Position numbers and translations under genes: made by a program. The notes under the pieces are model-generated. The model worked only from the letters and a program-made list of their open reading frames with translations. It was not told where the DNA came from and did not search any database. A stretch of 64,000 nt of DNA, from IMG/VR virus record IMGVR_UViG_3300028581_000028, positions 1-64,000 of that record; one strand, given 5' to 3'. The DNA is from a virus. Shown in pieces: positions 48,828 through 59,076 of this stretch. How positions within the stretch are numbered: position 1 is the first letter of the stretch; each line of letters begins with the position of its first letter.

Positions 48828-49289
48828 TTAATACTCTTGATGATCTTGTGACTCGTAAATTCTGGGATCGATAACCCCAGTTTGAATAAGTATCTCTCGC
48901 ACCTTTACCCAGTCAACGTATGGTCGCAAAAAGCTATCTGCTGGGTGTACCAAAGGGCATCCCAGCGAGGCATCATCGATATACAGCTCCGCATAAGCCT
49001 TCGGGCTATCCGTCCAGTTCTTTTGCTCTGGGTTGGTGTTTATACCGTAAAGCGTGACATCCCTCTCTTTAAACCAGTTTATTGCATCAGTTAAAAAAGT
49101 ACCGCCCTTTTTAGTAATATTATAATCCGTTGAGGTTGGGTTTTCTATATCTGATCTCATTGTATAAAGTATTAACTGATGCCCGTTGGCAATCAGCTCT
49201 TTTAATACTTCGGTTGCACCAATCTCCTCCCCTATTGCTGGGAATTCGTGAGTGACAACAGTACCATCAAAATCTACTGCGATAATCAT
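48828..49289 (-). CDS. HAD-family phosphatase
   Basis: IIAVDFDGT...LYTMR...K.YAELYIDD. Confidence 0.85.
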   Translation of the reverse strand: MIIAVDFDGTVVTHEFPAIGEEIGATEVLKELIANGHQLILYTMRSDIENPTSTDYNITKKGGTFLTDAINWFKERDVTLYGINTNPEQKNWTDSPKAYAELYIDDASLGCPLVHPADSFLRPYVDWVKVREILIQTGVIDPRIYESQDHQEY

Positions 49290-49606
49290 ACTTTAATTTG
49301 TTTTAGATGTTCACGACACTCGTTTTGAGTTCCAATAAAATCAATATAATCTCCGTTATCTCCGCCAAGAAAATCCAATCTATCGTGGAACTCTTTTTCT
49401 TTTGGGTTACTGCCGTGTCGGTATGTTTTAAATCCCTCCATTTCGAAATCTGTTTCGCTTAATGTCTTAATTCGTTTTACCGCATCATCGCACAGATAAA
49501 CGATTTTAACACCATCGCCACCGCCCATATATTTAACCGCATCTTGCTCGTTATCAAAGACTCCGTAGTATAGGGTTTTCACTTTATCTACTACTAAAAA
49601 TATCAT
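49286..49606 (-). CDS. Hypothetical protein
   Basis: Directly downstream of a promoter box. Confidence 0.55.
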   Translation of the reverse strand: MIFLVVDKVKTLYYGVFDNEQDAVKYMGGGDGVKIVYLCDDAVKRIKTLSETDFEMEGFKTYRHGSNPKEKEFHDRLDFLGGDNGDYIDFIGTQNECREHLKQIKV

Positions 49607-49627
49607 ACTTATTCGTTTTTGTTAGTA

Positions 49628-49669
49628 TTATGTTGCACAAACGTACAACATAAATAATCCGAAAGCAAG
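49628..49669 (-). promoter_or_regulatory. Promoter with the -7 box inside an inverted repeat (second copy)
   Basis: CTTG-20 nt-TACGTTTG; TTATGTTG...CAACATAA flanks the box. Confidence 0.65.
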
Positions 49670-49699
49670 TCTTTTTTAATTTATTTTTTAACTTATTCT

Positions 49700-50275
49700 T
49701 CAAACAATATATCTTACTTCTTTTGGGTATAATATTATTTCTGTTTCTGGGAATAAAAATGGGAATAGTAAACAAGTTTTGACTGTTAGTTTAAATTCTT
49801 GCTTAAACATATAATTATAAACATTTGTAAATATATTATTATAAACTACTTCATCTGCAAATATAGGAGTACAAACGTCTGGTTTAAATATGTTTTTTGT
49901 TAAATGTTTAAAGTGTGTTTTTTGTTTATATTCAGATTTAATTGCGTCATCAACCATACTGGAATCGGGAAGTATATTTTTGTTATAATATTCGAGTAAA
50001 TCATATTTAGAAGATACTCGCATATTGCCAATTATGTATGTGGAAGAATTTAAGTCTATTAATACCTCCTTGTATGATTTAAACGGGTTTTCGCAAACAA
50101 ACAAAATGTTATCTGTAAACAAATCACCAAAATTAAGCAGTTTTACATCTTTAGATGCCTCCGTTTGTTCTATAATTATCCCAGTACCTCTTGGGGTTGT
50201 TTTTGGGTATCCTTTATTTGTCCCTTTGTATGTTAATACTAATGGGATACTTGCATTGTTTTCGTTATATTCCAT
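49700..50275 (-). CDS. Hypothetical protein, possibly a diverged capsid-like paralog
   Basis: SYKEVLIDLNSSTYIIGNMRV resembles the capsid-like core. Confidence 0.5.
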   Translation of the reverse strand: MEYNENNASIPLVLTYKGTNKGYPKTTPRGTGIIIEQTEASKDVKLLNFGDLFTDNILFVCENPFKSYKEVLIDLNSSTYIIGNMRVSSKYDLLEYYNKNILPDSSMVDDAIKSEYKQKTHFKHLTKNIFKPDVCTPIFADEVVYNNIFTNVYNYMFKQEFKLTVKTCLLFPFLFPETEIILYPKEVRYIV

Positions 50276-50473
50276 AATTTAATTTACTTTATATTTCCAT
50301 TATTAGTTTAGTTATTCTCCCAACGTAAGATTTTCTATGTAACCCAGTACCGTTATAGTGTAATGTTGTTTTTTTGCCAGTTAAACAACATATATAATAA
50401 AGAAAAGTCTTGCCATTTTTTTCTATAACCTTGTAGCACTTTGCCTCTTCCGACCATACTTCCGTTGCCATAC

Positions 50474-51145
50474 TTATTTGTTTTTAAGGATACGTTCTAA
50501 ATTGCTTTTTTTGTGGATAGTCGTAAACCTTTGGATTTCGGCTATCAACTCCAGCAACTTCTCTTTGCTGGGTTCTGGAAGATTATTACGACCAGAGTCT
50601 GCCCCTATGTTCACTTGGATGGGCTGACAAGCCCTTAATGTATCAACCAACTCGTCCAAATCAAAATCCATTATGGGTTCTATTGTAACGTATTTGTCAA
50701 AACAGTCCAGATTTGCCATTGCACTTGCTCTGGTATTTGAAAACGGGCTATTACCCATTATCTCTGGGTAAAATCTATTTGTTTCAATAGTTGTACAAAT
50801 AACGGATTCGCTGGGAAATAAGCATCTGTTATTGGCAATAAAGGTTGGGTTTTTAGTTTGAAAAAAGTATCGGTTGTTGGGGTACGCTTTACAATGGTTT
50901 AACGTCTGAATAATCCAGTCCATATTTATATCTTTTGCAAACATATCGCAACTGCTTCCTATAAAAATAAAGTTACCGCTACCCAAGTCGGTCTTTAACT
51001 CTTTGGCATCAAAACGTACTGGCTTTTGACTGCCAAAACGCTTCATATAACAGTAACTACAGTTATGAAAACACTTGCCCTTTGTGGTGTTGAAAGTATG
51101 GCTTATAAAGTCATACATATTGCCTTTTGATACATTTAATCCCAT
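50474..51145 (-). CDS. Radical SAM-like protein (DUF5131 / Gp37-Gp68-like)
   Basis: CFHNCSYCY (CxxxCxxC), CDMF, FQTKNP, TIEP. Confidence 0.75.
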   Translation of the reverse strand: MGLNVSKGNMYDFISHTFNTTKGKCFHNCSYCYMKRFGSQKPVRFDAKELKTDLGSGNFIFIGSSCDMFAKDINMDWIIQTLNHCKAYPNNRYFFQTKNPTFIANNRCLFPSESVICTTIETNRFYPEIMGNSPFSNTRASAMANLDCFDKYVTIEPIMDFDLDELVDTLRACQPIQVNIGADSGRNNLPEPSKEKLLELIAEIQRFTTIHKKSNLERILKNK

Positions 51146-51147
51146 AC

Positions 51148-51441
51148 TTATTTGTTTTTTTGTTTAAATTTTCTGTAAGCGGTAAATAATACTTTAAAAA
51201 ACTTATAAACCATATACACATCGCAGAGGCAGTAAAATAAGCAAAACAGATATGTTATTAAAAAAATGATCCATAGCCATAATGTTGGAGTATGCCAGTT
51301 TTTATACCACCAAAAACTCTGGGTTGGCACTGCTATAACGATAAGCCATTTGCCAAAAATAAACATAAACTTTTCAAAGCCTTTTCGGTGCTTGTAATCT
51401 ACTTGTTCGTAAGCCTTTTTTACAAAGTTGTCTAAATTCAT
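51148..51441 (-). CDS. Two-TM membrane protein
   Basis: Hydrophobic helices. Confidence 0.55.
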   Translation of the reverse strand: MNLDNFVKKAYEQVDYKHRKGFEKFMFIFGKWLIVIAVPTQSFWWYKNWHTPTLWLWIIFLITYLFCLFYCLCDVYMVYKFFKVLFTAYRKFKQKNK

Positions 51442-51448
51442 ATCCCTA

Positions 51449-51967
51449 TTATTGTTTTGTTTTTAATTCTGCGTTTTCTCGCCTTAAGCTCTCGTTTTCC
51501 AGCGTTAAACTCTTGATTCGGGAGTTTGACTTGACCGCCACATTCTCTTCACGGTTATTGCGTTGTTTTAGGTTGTTGATCTCCTTTTCGAGTTCCCCGA
51601 TCCGTTGCTTTAATTCCTCTGGGGAGTCGTGATGGGCAGATGCCTTGCTTGTAAGATGCCAAAACCCACATTTGCACAAGTAAGCTCGTACTGGGATAAC
51701 TTTCTTTTTAGATGTTTTTTTGATCTTTTCTAAGCTATAAAGGGCATCTTGTTCGCATCTGAAGTGTACTTTTTTACAAGTACTTGGTTGGTTATCTTTT
51801 ATAATATCCATCCGCCCATCCGCCCAATGCTTTACGATTTGCCCATCTTTGTTCATATAGACCATCGGAAGCCCTCGCCCCCAAGTGTCTTTAATGACTT
51901 CTTGCTGGAGCAGTTCTTTAAACTTAGGGGAGTTTAAATATTTAAGATGTTCCTCGTCTGCACCCAT
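51449..51967 (-). CDS. Zn-finger plus coiled-coil protein
   Basis: C..K...RAYLCKCGFWHLTS. Confidence 0.6.
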   Translation of the reverse strand: MGADEEHLKYLNSPKFKELLQQEVIKDTWGRGLPMVYMNKDGQIVKHWADGRMDIIKDNQPSTCKKVHFRCEQDALYSLEKIKKTSKKKVIPVRAYLCKCGFWHLTSKASAHHDSPEELKQRIGELEKEINNLKQRNNREENVAVKSNSRIKSLTLENESLRRENAELKTKQ

Positions 51968-52746
51968 TATATTGTGCTTATAAAATCAAATAACTGTTTA
52001 GTCCAACGGGCATCTCCCAATGCGTTATGTACGTTTACTTCTTTGGGATATGTGCTGGAGCTTTTTAATTCTTTTAAAACTTGATCTGGGTTACAATGTT
52101 TAGCCTTTGCAAAACCTTCTGCCTTTTCATCGATCATTTGTTTTAAATCTCTGCAATACATTGGGTAATAACTCGGAAGGTTGTTCATTTTGCCAAATAA
52201 CCAGCAAAAAACAACCCAGTCATAATCGGCATAATAACCATAAAATGTCGGCATTATTAAAGACTCCAGTAAAGGCTTGTCTAATAAAGCATCGTGATAT
52301 CGTTTTTCAATCGCCTCCGATGTAGTAAACCTCAAGATATCATCTGCTATCTGTTTATTTGTTTTGCCATATAACTCCAGCAGAGTCCGTAAACTACTTG
52401 GGTTAAATAACTCAGACTGAAGTCGTGAATATATTTTACTATCTGCAACTGGCTCTGTTTCGACCATATAACGATTAGATAATTCGTTGAATATTGGTCG
52501 CAATACGTTTTCTCTTAGCCAGTAGTATTTATAAGTCTTACCGCCATCTTTTAGCGATTTATCTTGCCTTAAGTCGTATCTATTCCAAGCCTCACGGACA
52601 TTGAATTCTTTAGATATCGCATAATATTCACGACCATCATCAGCCACGATCCCGATTGAAATAAGATCAATGGTTGGCTTTGTTATTTTGCCAAATAATT
52701 TTTTTTGAGTTCCTTCAACAAACTCCGTGTCTATAAAATAGTTCAT
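51967..52746 (-). CDS. DEDDh 3'-5' exonuclease
   Basis: IDTEF, LISIG, ADYDWV, HNALGDARW. Confidence 0.8.
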   Translation of the reverse strand: MNYFIDTEFVEGTQKKLFGKITKPTIDLISIGIVADDGREYYAISKEFNVREAWNRYDLRQDKSLKDGGKTYKYYWLRENVLRPIFNELSNRYMVETEPVADSKIYSRLQSELFNPSSLRTLLELYGKTNKQIADDILRFTTSEAIEKRYHDALLDKPLLESLIMPTFYGYYADYDWVVFCWLFGKMNNLPSYYPMYCRDLKQMIDEKAEGFAKAKHCNPDQVLKELKSSSTYPKEVNVHNALGDARWTKQLFDFISTI

Positions 52747-52748
52747 AG

Positions 52749-53535
52749 TTAAATCGTATAAGGTTTTTTAATTTCTCGAAAATGGGTTATACTGCCATCG
52801 TTGTTTGATGCCCAGCCAGTACCGTTCCAAGTCTCGTAATGTTGTTTATTGCATTTCTCTCGATAAACCTCATAACGACCATACTTTTCTGGTTTTTGGT
52901 TGCTGGTCGATATCCACCCAGCGTTATCGTTTTCTTGTCGAACTTCTTTTCCGTATTCTAAGAACATTAAAATCAGCGTATCCTCTGATACGTTTTTGTC
53001 TGCACAGATAACCTCAATGCAACGAAACATATAATCGTTACTTTTACTCATAGCCTTTATTTTTTCAAGATTATTCACTTTTTTATTGGCTTATACTCCA
53101 CGACTTTAACATCTCTGTATCCGTCCTTGTCCTTGCGTTGTCGCATAAAGGATAACATAGTATCTCTTTCTTTAGCGGAGCTTACAATTACGCTTTTTGT
53201 TTTACCACCAGTATTGTAACTGATTTTAAATTGTTTTTTTGGCATAACGATTAATTTAGATGCTTCCGCCCCATAAATGAGAGGCGATGGCGAGGTTTAC
53301 AAACTTGAATTATTTTTGGTATTTTTTCTGTTTTTTGGTTATACATTTTCCAAGATGCGTACATCTTCTCTCTGGCAATGCGGAGTACCTTTTGTTCTTT
53401 CGTTTCGGCTTCTATATTACTTACATAAGTAAACGATCCAGAATAAGATAGCCCACTTTGTGTTGATATACAATACCCAAACCCATAGTCCGTTGGGGTT
53501 GTATCTCCGTATCCGTATGGCTGATTGCTTACCAT
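52749..53535 (-). CDS. Small hypothetical proteins (52749..53078 with DUF551-like C-terminus, 53075..53245, 53251..53535)
   Basis: WIS...KPE motif; middle ORF translated by hand. Confidence 0.5.
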
Positions 53536-53716
53536 AATTAGCCCAGTACCTCTTTTTGTTTGCCTTCCGCTTGTTTTAACTTATTTGCCTTCCGCATCTT
53601 TTTAACCTCAATGTAATAGATGTTTCTCTCTGCAAAGGTAGTCTTTTCTCCGTTCTTTATCCTACGACCAATTTCATACAATTTCTTTTGCATATTCTTG
53701 TTTTTTTGAAAGTTGA

Positions 53717-54085
53717 TTAATTAGTTTTGATTGGCTTAACGAAATCCTCACTACATCGTGGGCAGTGATACCCGATTGGTTTTTCGACTATGTTTTTACA
53801 ATACGGACATTCGCAACTTTGATCTTCTCCGTGTCGCAATTCTTTGGCTATTGGCTCGATTTTATTGCCAGTACTTGCATCTTTGCTATCTGGATAAGGA
53901 TTTGTATCTCTCAGCCTTCCAAGATCAGCACCAAGCCACATAACCCCCTCTTGAAGTTTAGTTATGGCTAAACTTCTCTCCCGTGAGGTCGGTAATTCTT
54001 TAATACGCTGAATAATTTCGTCTGTTTCTTTGCGGAGTTGTTTGTTTGCTACAATTTCTTGCTCCCTTTTTTCTTGGTCTTCCAT
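53717..54085 (-). CDS. Acb2/Tad1-like helical hairpin protein with C-terminal Zn ribbon
   Basis: SRERSLAITKLQEGVMW; CPYC...CPRC. Confidence 0.45.
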   Translation of the reverse strand: MEDQEKREQEIVANKQLRKETDEIIQRIKELPTSRERSLAITKLQEGVMWLGADLGRLRDTNPYPDSKDASTGNKIEPIAKELRHGEDQSCECPYCKNIVEKPIGYHCPRCSEDFVKPIKTN

Positions 54086-54096
54086 CTTACTGTTTT

Positions 54097-54883
54097 TTAA
54101 TTATTAATATCTGATATACTTATTTCTTTGTTGAAAATTTTGTCTGTATTTATATCCATCAGATCGGCAAATTCTACCTCGCAGAAAGTCCCGCAGTCTG
54201 GAAGTATTGGTTGCTCGTATCTGCCATCGGCATCCGTTAATTCGTCCAGATATCTGCCCTTTACACAAGTAGCACCAATTTTACGTTCCAGTTTAGCCAT
54301 TCTATCGTATTCTGCTGGGAAGTATTTGCGTACAAGCCTAAAGTATCCCACCCTTTACGCAACAAATACAGTTATTGTTTTGAAATCCCAATCTGTACAT
54401 TTCGGGCATCTTGATATCGTTTTTTAAGATGAGGTAGGCACATTGTTCTTTATTTAATCCTTTCTCAATAAGCGGATACACGGGCTTTGTTTTTGGATAC
54501 TGCTGGGAGAATCTAATGGCACGATTGATCTCCTTTTTTACAAACTCAAATCCAAAGACTTGATGGCTAAATGGGATCTCCTTTTCGACTTGTTCCCTTA
54601 CCTTCTTTTTTAACCAAAGGGTACACGGTGATCCACTCGCACCGTTAATGAATTTTCTTTTTTCGCATACTTCAAACTGGTCGTCATAAACAAGGCTTCT
54701 TCTCCGATGAATTTCTACCCCGATCCACTTCTCGCAATTCTCTATAAATCTATCGTTATCTGGGTGTGCGGTAGCTATATCAATATAAATTAAAATACAG
54801 TTTTCCTTACCATACTTTTCGACTGCCAGTTTACAAGCAACCGCAGATGTCAAACCGCAACTAAACCAACAAATAACCTTCAT
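54097..54883 (-). pseudogene. PAPS-reductase-like (PP-loop) protein split by a frameshift near 54350
   Basis: WFSCGLTS...NNNCICCVKGG continues as GYFRLVRKYFP...MAKLERKIG in another frame. Confidence 0.7.
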
Positions 54884-54919
54884 CTTATTCTCCTATTTAT
54901 TTCTGCGTTTATTATATGC

Positions 54920-56696
54920 TTAAATAATTTGCCCATAAGTCATCGCTGGGTTTATATTATACCTCTGGACGATTAAATCGGTATACTTAAATACATAGTC
55001 GTTGATTTTACCAAAAAGCTCAAGTGATTGGGAGAAGTCTGCATTAATTATCCCCCTCACACTCGATGTACTAAAGTTATGGTCGTAATCTATCTCCAAC
55101 TGCTCCAGCCGTGAGGTCGGGATCGTCTGGAGATAGTTACTCGCCAATGCATCTTTAATAATGTTATACTTTATGATTAAATCAGTATCCATCGGCTATA
55201 ATTCATCCATTAACACGAGTTCTTTATCCCAAGCACCCAATATCTGCCAGTAAATACCAAAAGGCGACTGCACCAGCAAAATAGGATCGTTACGCTTCTC
55301 CTCATCTTTAAACATTTTCTTTTCTGCAATCACATAAAATATCGGGCTTTTTTTACATAACTTTTTCACGTTATCCTTGTAAGCCTTCATAATTTCCATC
55401 GCCTCTTTTGGAAATTTTGGTATAAACAAATCAGATGTTTTAAGCACCAGCTCGTACTTGTTTACCAACGCATTAATTTTATCGGTAGTTGTACAGTCGT
55501 ACTGCTCGAAAAAGTCTTTAAACTCAGCGTATTGCTTTCTGTTTTCCAAGCGTGTAACCATATCAATAACCTCTTTTTTGGCATAACGGTTTTGCTTGAT
55601 AAATTCCTTTTTCATTTTTAAAACAAGGATTTTTTCGTCCAGATTTTCGAGTGTAACTGGTACTGGGATCGTTTCCAGTTCTTTCCAAACATCAATCGGT
55701 TTTAGCTTAAGTTTTGGCTCTACCTCTTCCATTTTATCGCTTACCCCCAATACCATTCTTGGTTGACCTTGCATTGCTATTGGCTCTGCGGTCGCCATCA
55801 TATCGCCACCTTGAAAACTACCATTAGCACCATATTCGTTTAGAAAGTCATACAAGTAAATTTCTTCTTGCTCATCTCCACCGTATTCGGCAATGTTATC
55901 GCTTACACTATATTGAATTTTACGTTGCATCTCCATCACCGCCTCAATCATAATTTTAGCCTCGCCCTTTTTACGTTCAAGGTGTCTTTTAGCCTTTGCC
56001 TTACTGCTAAAAAATACTGGAGTCTTAAAAAGCTTCAAAAAGCCTTTCTTTTCTGGTTTTGAATCTTTCTTTTTTGCCATACTGATTTAATTTATTTTAT
56101 TGATTATTACTTGGATATAACGCTTTAAATACTTGCCAACCCCTACCCATAAAGTCAAACATTCCTTGAATATCAACGGGTGCATAATGAATAAATATCA
56201 TCTCGCAACCCCATTTATCTTTGTACTTTACAGATAATTTACCGCCATCAGACTCCTCATCCCAGTCGATGATCAAAGCCTTGTGTAATGAAACATTATT
56301 GCCAGTTTCCTTGTCTATATAACGAATACTGTTCATATAATACTCCATATCTTTATTTTTAAAAATCTCAACATTATACTTATCGCAATCGATTATCATT
56401 CCCTCACTTCCGTTTGATGTAATAAACCTTTGCTTTTTGTTAAGTTTTTCGAGTTCTTTGATACCAGTAAAACAGTAATTGCATTGTTTTAACTGTTCTA
56501 TTATTTCTTGTGCAGTGCCTTTTAACCCTCTGATCCATTCAATATTGCTGGTGTCTTTTCGAGTCATACACATTGCCACACTTTTTACTGCTTCAACCTC
56601 GTCATACACATTGATAACTTGTTTGCGTGTATAATCCTCTGGATCATCGCTTACAACATCAATTAAATAAGTAACCTCAAAATATTTTCGTTCCAT
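54920..56696 (-). CDS. Hypothetical proteins (54920..55192, 55196..56080, 56097..56696)
   Basis: Abutting ORFs. Confidence 0.6.
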
Positions 56697-56700
56697 AATG

Positions 56701-56961
56701 CTAATATTTTGCTATTAATATTTTTAAGCTCATAAAGACATATCCCTTTTCGATCCCAAATTGACCGCCTTTTAAAATATACGTCACCTCTGCAAGTACA
56801 TATCCGTATTTATACTGATTGTTTTGCCCATCATAGTTTTCCAAACATAAAATATCAAACTGCTGAAAGTTCCGATCATCCTTGCGAACCTCAAATGTTT
56901 TATATCCGTGTGCTACTTGGTTAAAGTAGTCTGTATGAGTTTTTAAATGATGTATTTCCAT
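56701..56961 (-). CDS. ASCH/DUF3850 domain protein
   Basis: HHLK...YF..V..G.KTFEVRKDDRNFQ..D.L.L. Confidence 0.8.
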   Translation of the reverse strand: MEIHHLKTHTDYFNQVAHGYKTFEVRKDDRNFQQFDILCLENYDGQNNQYKYGYVLAEVTYILKGGQFGIEKGYVFMSLKILIAKY

Positions 56962-57344
56962 ACTTATTTTTTATTTTTGGAACTGTAACGAATCTACTTC
57001 TTTAATGGTTAATTCAGAATAAACCATCTCCTTTGTTTGCGGAGATGATGCCATTGTATCAACCGCCCTTGCAACTGCGGTAACTATATTTACGGATGTA
57101 AAACTGGGTAATGCTACAAAAGCCCCAGTATCTAATTTAAATGTCGCACTATATATTTTCATATTTCTTTATTTTCATCAAACTTTGAATAAATCATTAC
57201 AGAAAAAAATATAAGTTGTATGTAAAAAACCCAGTACAACTTCATATTTACATAACTCCAGCCCAGCAACATCGATGTTGGTTCTGATTGAATTCTGGCA
57301 AAAACATCCTTTTTTAATCTTATTTGTTTTGTCCGTTTACGCAT

Positions 57345-57842
57345 TTACACAAATATTAAAATTGATCCCTTATAAGCCCAGCGTTTTTGTACTTTAACCC
57401 ACCAGATATCGCTATCGTTTTTACGCAAACTATCTTTTATTGCCTTCGTAATGTTGTCTTCGTCTGGGGTGCTTTCGTGTGGCATCCCATTGTACTTTGC
57501 TTTTTTCTTTTCCGACCACCCATCTGGCATCGGAATAAAATAAACCGCCTCAAATACTTTAGGGAGTACAAAGCCCATAAGGTTCGCTTGGGCTATCATA
57601 TTTTTTTTAAAATAGAAGTACTCGGTGACAACTGGTCTCTGCCTCTTTTTCGGATCTTTATGATCGGGGTTTGTAAAAATGCGATCCCGATTTGTCATCC
57701 TTATCGCCCCCATCGGCACTATATCGAAAAGATAAAACTCTCTGCTCTGGTCAAGCACATATCTGGTTGCCAAAACCTCCAGACGTTTGCCCTTTTGGTG
57801 ATGACACTTGCCGAAACTATGTTTTATCCTTTTAACGACCAT
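57345..57842 (-). CDS. RusA-like Holliday junction resolvase
   Basis: PDEDNITKAIKDSL...DSDIW....K. Confidence 0.75.
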   Translation of the reverse strand: MVVKRIKHSFGKCHHQKGKRLEVLATRYVLDQSREFYLFDIVPMGAIRMTNRDRIFTNPDHKDPKKRQRPVVTEYFYFKKNMIAQANLMGFVLPKVFEAVYFIPMPDGWSEKKKAKYNGMPHESTPDEDNITKAIKDSLRKNDSDIWWVKVQKRWAYKGSILIFV

Positions 57843-57851
57843 TTTAACTCT

Positions 57852-58894
57852 TTATTTTTTTCTCCAAACACAAAAAGCAGTATCCCAAATCCAACCCATT
57901 TCTTCGGCTTTCTTTAACATATTATTGTAGCGATTTAGACAAACCATTTCGTTCTTTTCGTTGAATTGTTTTATAAACTCATCTTGGCTTATATTATCAC
58001 ATTTGATTGGCTCTTCTATCTGAAGACCATTTTGATATCTTGTAATTTTGTTTACATAATCCTTATTTTTTGATTTTTCAACATAAACAATATGGGCATT
58101 TGCCATAACCCGTATTGGTCGACCATCGATTTTTATAAAATCTGTTTTAATGTTTTCGTCAAACATATCTACATCAAGCATATCAGTAGTTTTCATATTA
58201 TCCTTTATAATTTACATTTCTACCGCTTAAGTTTTTTCCGTTTGCCTCTTCCCAAGCCCAGTACGATTGATTAGTAAACTCCCTAACAAATTCATCTGGG
58301 GTTTTTCCATATCTCTCTACCGTGTTTAAAAACTCCCCAGTCGTCCCATCTGACTGCGATATTTTCTCAATTGCAACGATATCCTCGCTGGTCTTTTTTG
58401 CGTTAATAACGATTGCATCTTTATCGGAGTGTATTAAAAAATCAAAGAACTTCAAATCTTTTTGGTTGACTTTTATGATATTTTTAAAGCCCACGATAAA
58501 TTCGTCTACGGGTATGCTATATTGCTCCATCGGGAATATAGGATGCGAGTACTGGCTGCCACTTTGCGATATGCCTTTTTGATAAACAAGGTCGCTATGA
58601 TTTTCTGCTTTTTCCAAAACCACAACCCAAGCATTAGGTTGAATTTCGATCTCGAAACCAAATACGTTTATTTTTTTTGTAAGCATTTTATTCAACTTTT
58701 AAAGGGATTTTAGCAATCTTTATTATACTGGCAACTATTTTACTCATACAGTCTTTACAAATATCATCGAGGTGTACAGATAAGTTTTTATCGCTGGAGT
58801 TGGTCATCCCTTGCATTTTCAAATAACCCTTGCCCTTTTTATTCTTGGTTATGTCCGCCCCACAAAGATCGCAATATGTGAATTCCTTTACCAT
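57852..58894 (-). CDS. Hypothetical proteins (57852..58196, 58198..58695, 58688..58894)
   Basis: Abutting ORFs. Confidence 0.55.
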
Positions 58895-59076
58895 TATTTG
58901 CTATTTAATTCTTTTTTGATCAGCCTTTTTGATATAGCTCTTCTCTTGCCAGAAGTATATTGTTTCATCCAGCGTCTTACGTGTCCAGCCCACTCACCGT
59001 TAATAAAGGAATTTTGTTTATGTCCGACTCTTAATTTGCCCATAACTTAACACATACTTATTTATTTACAGTAAAT

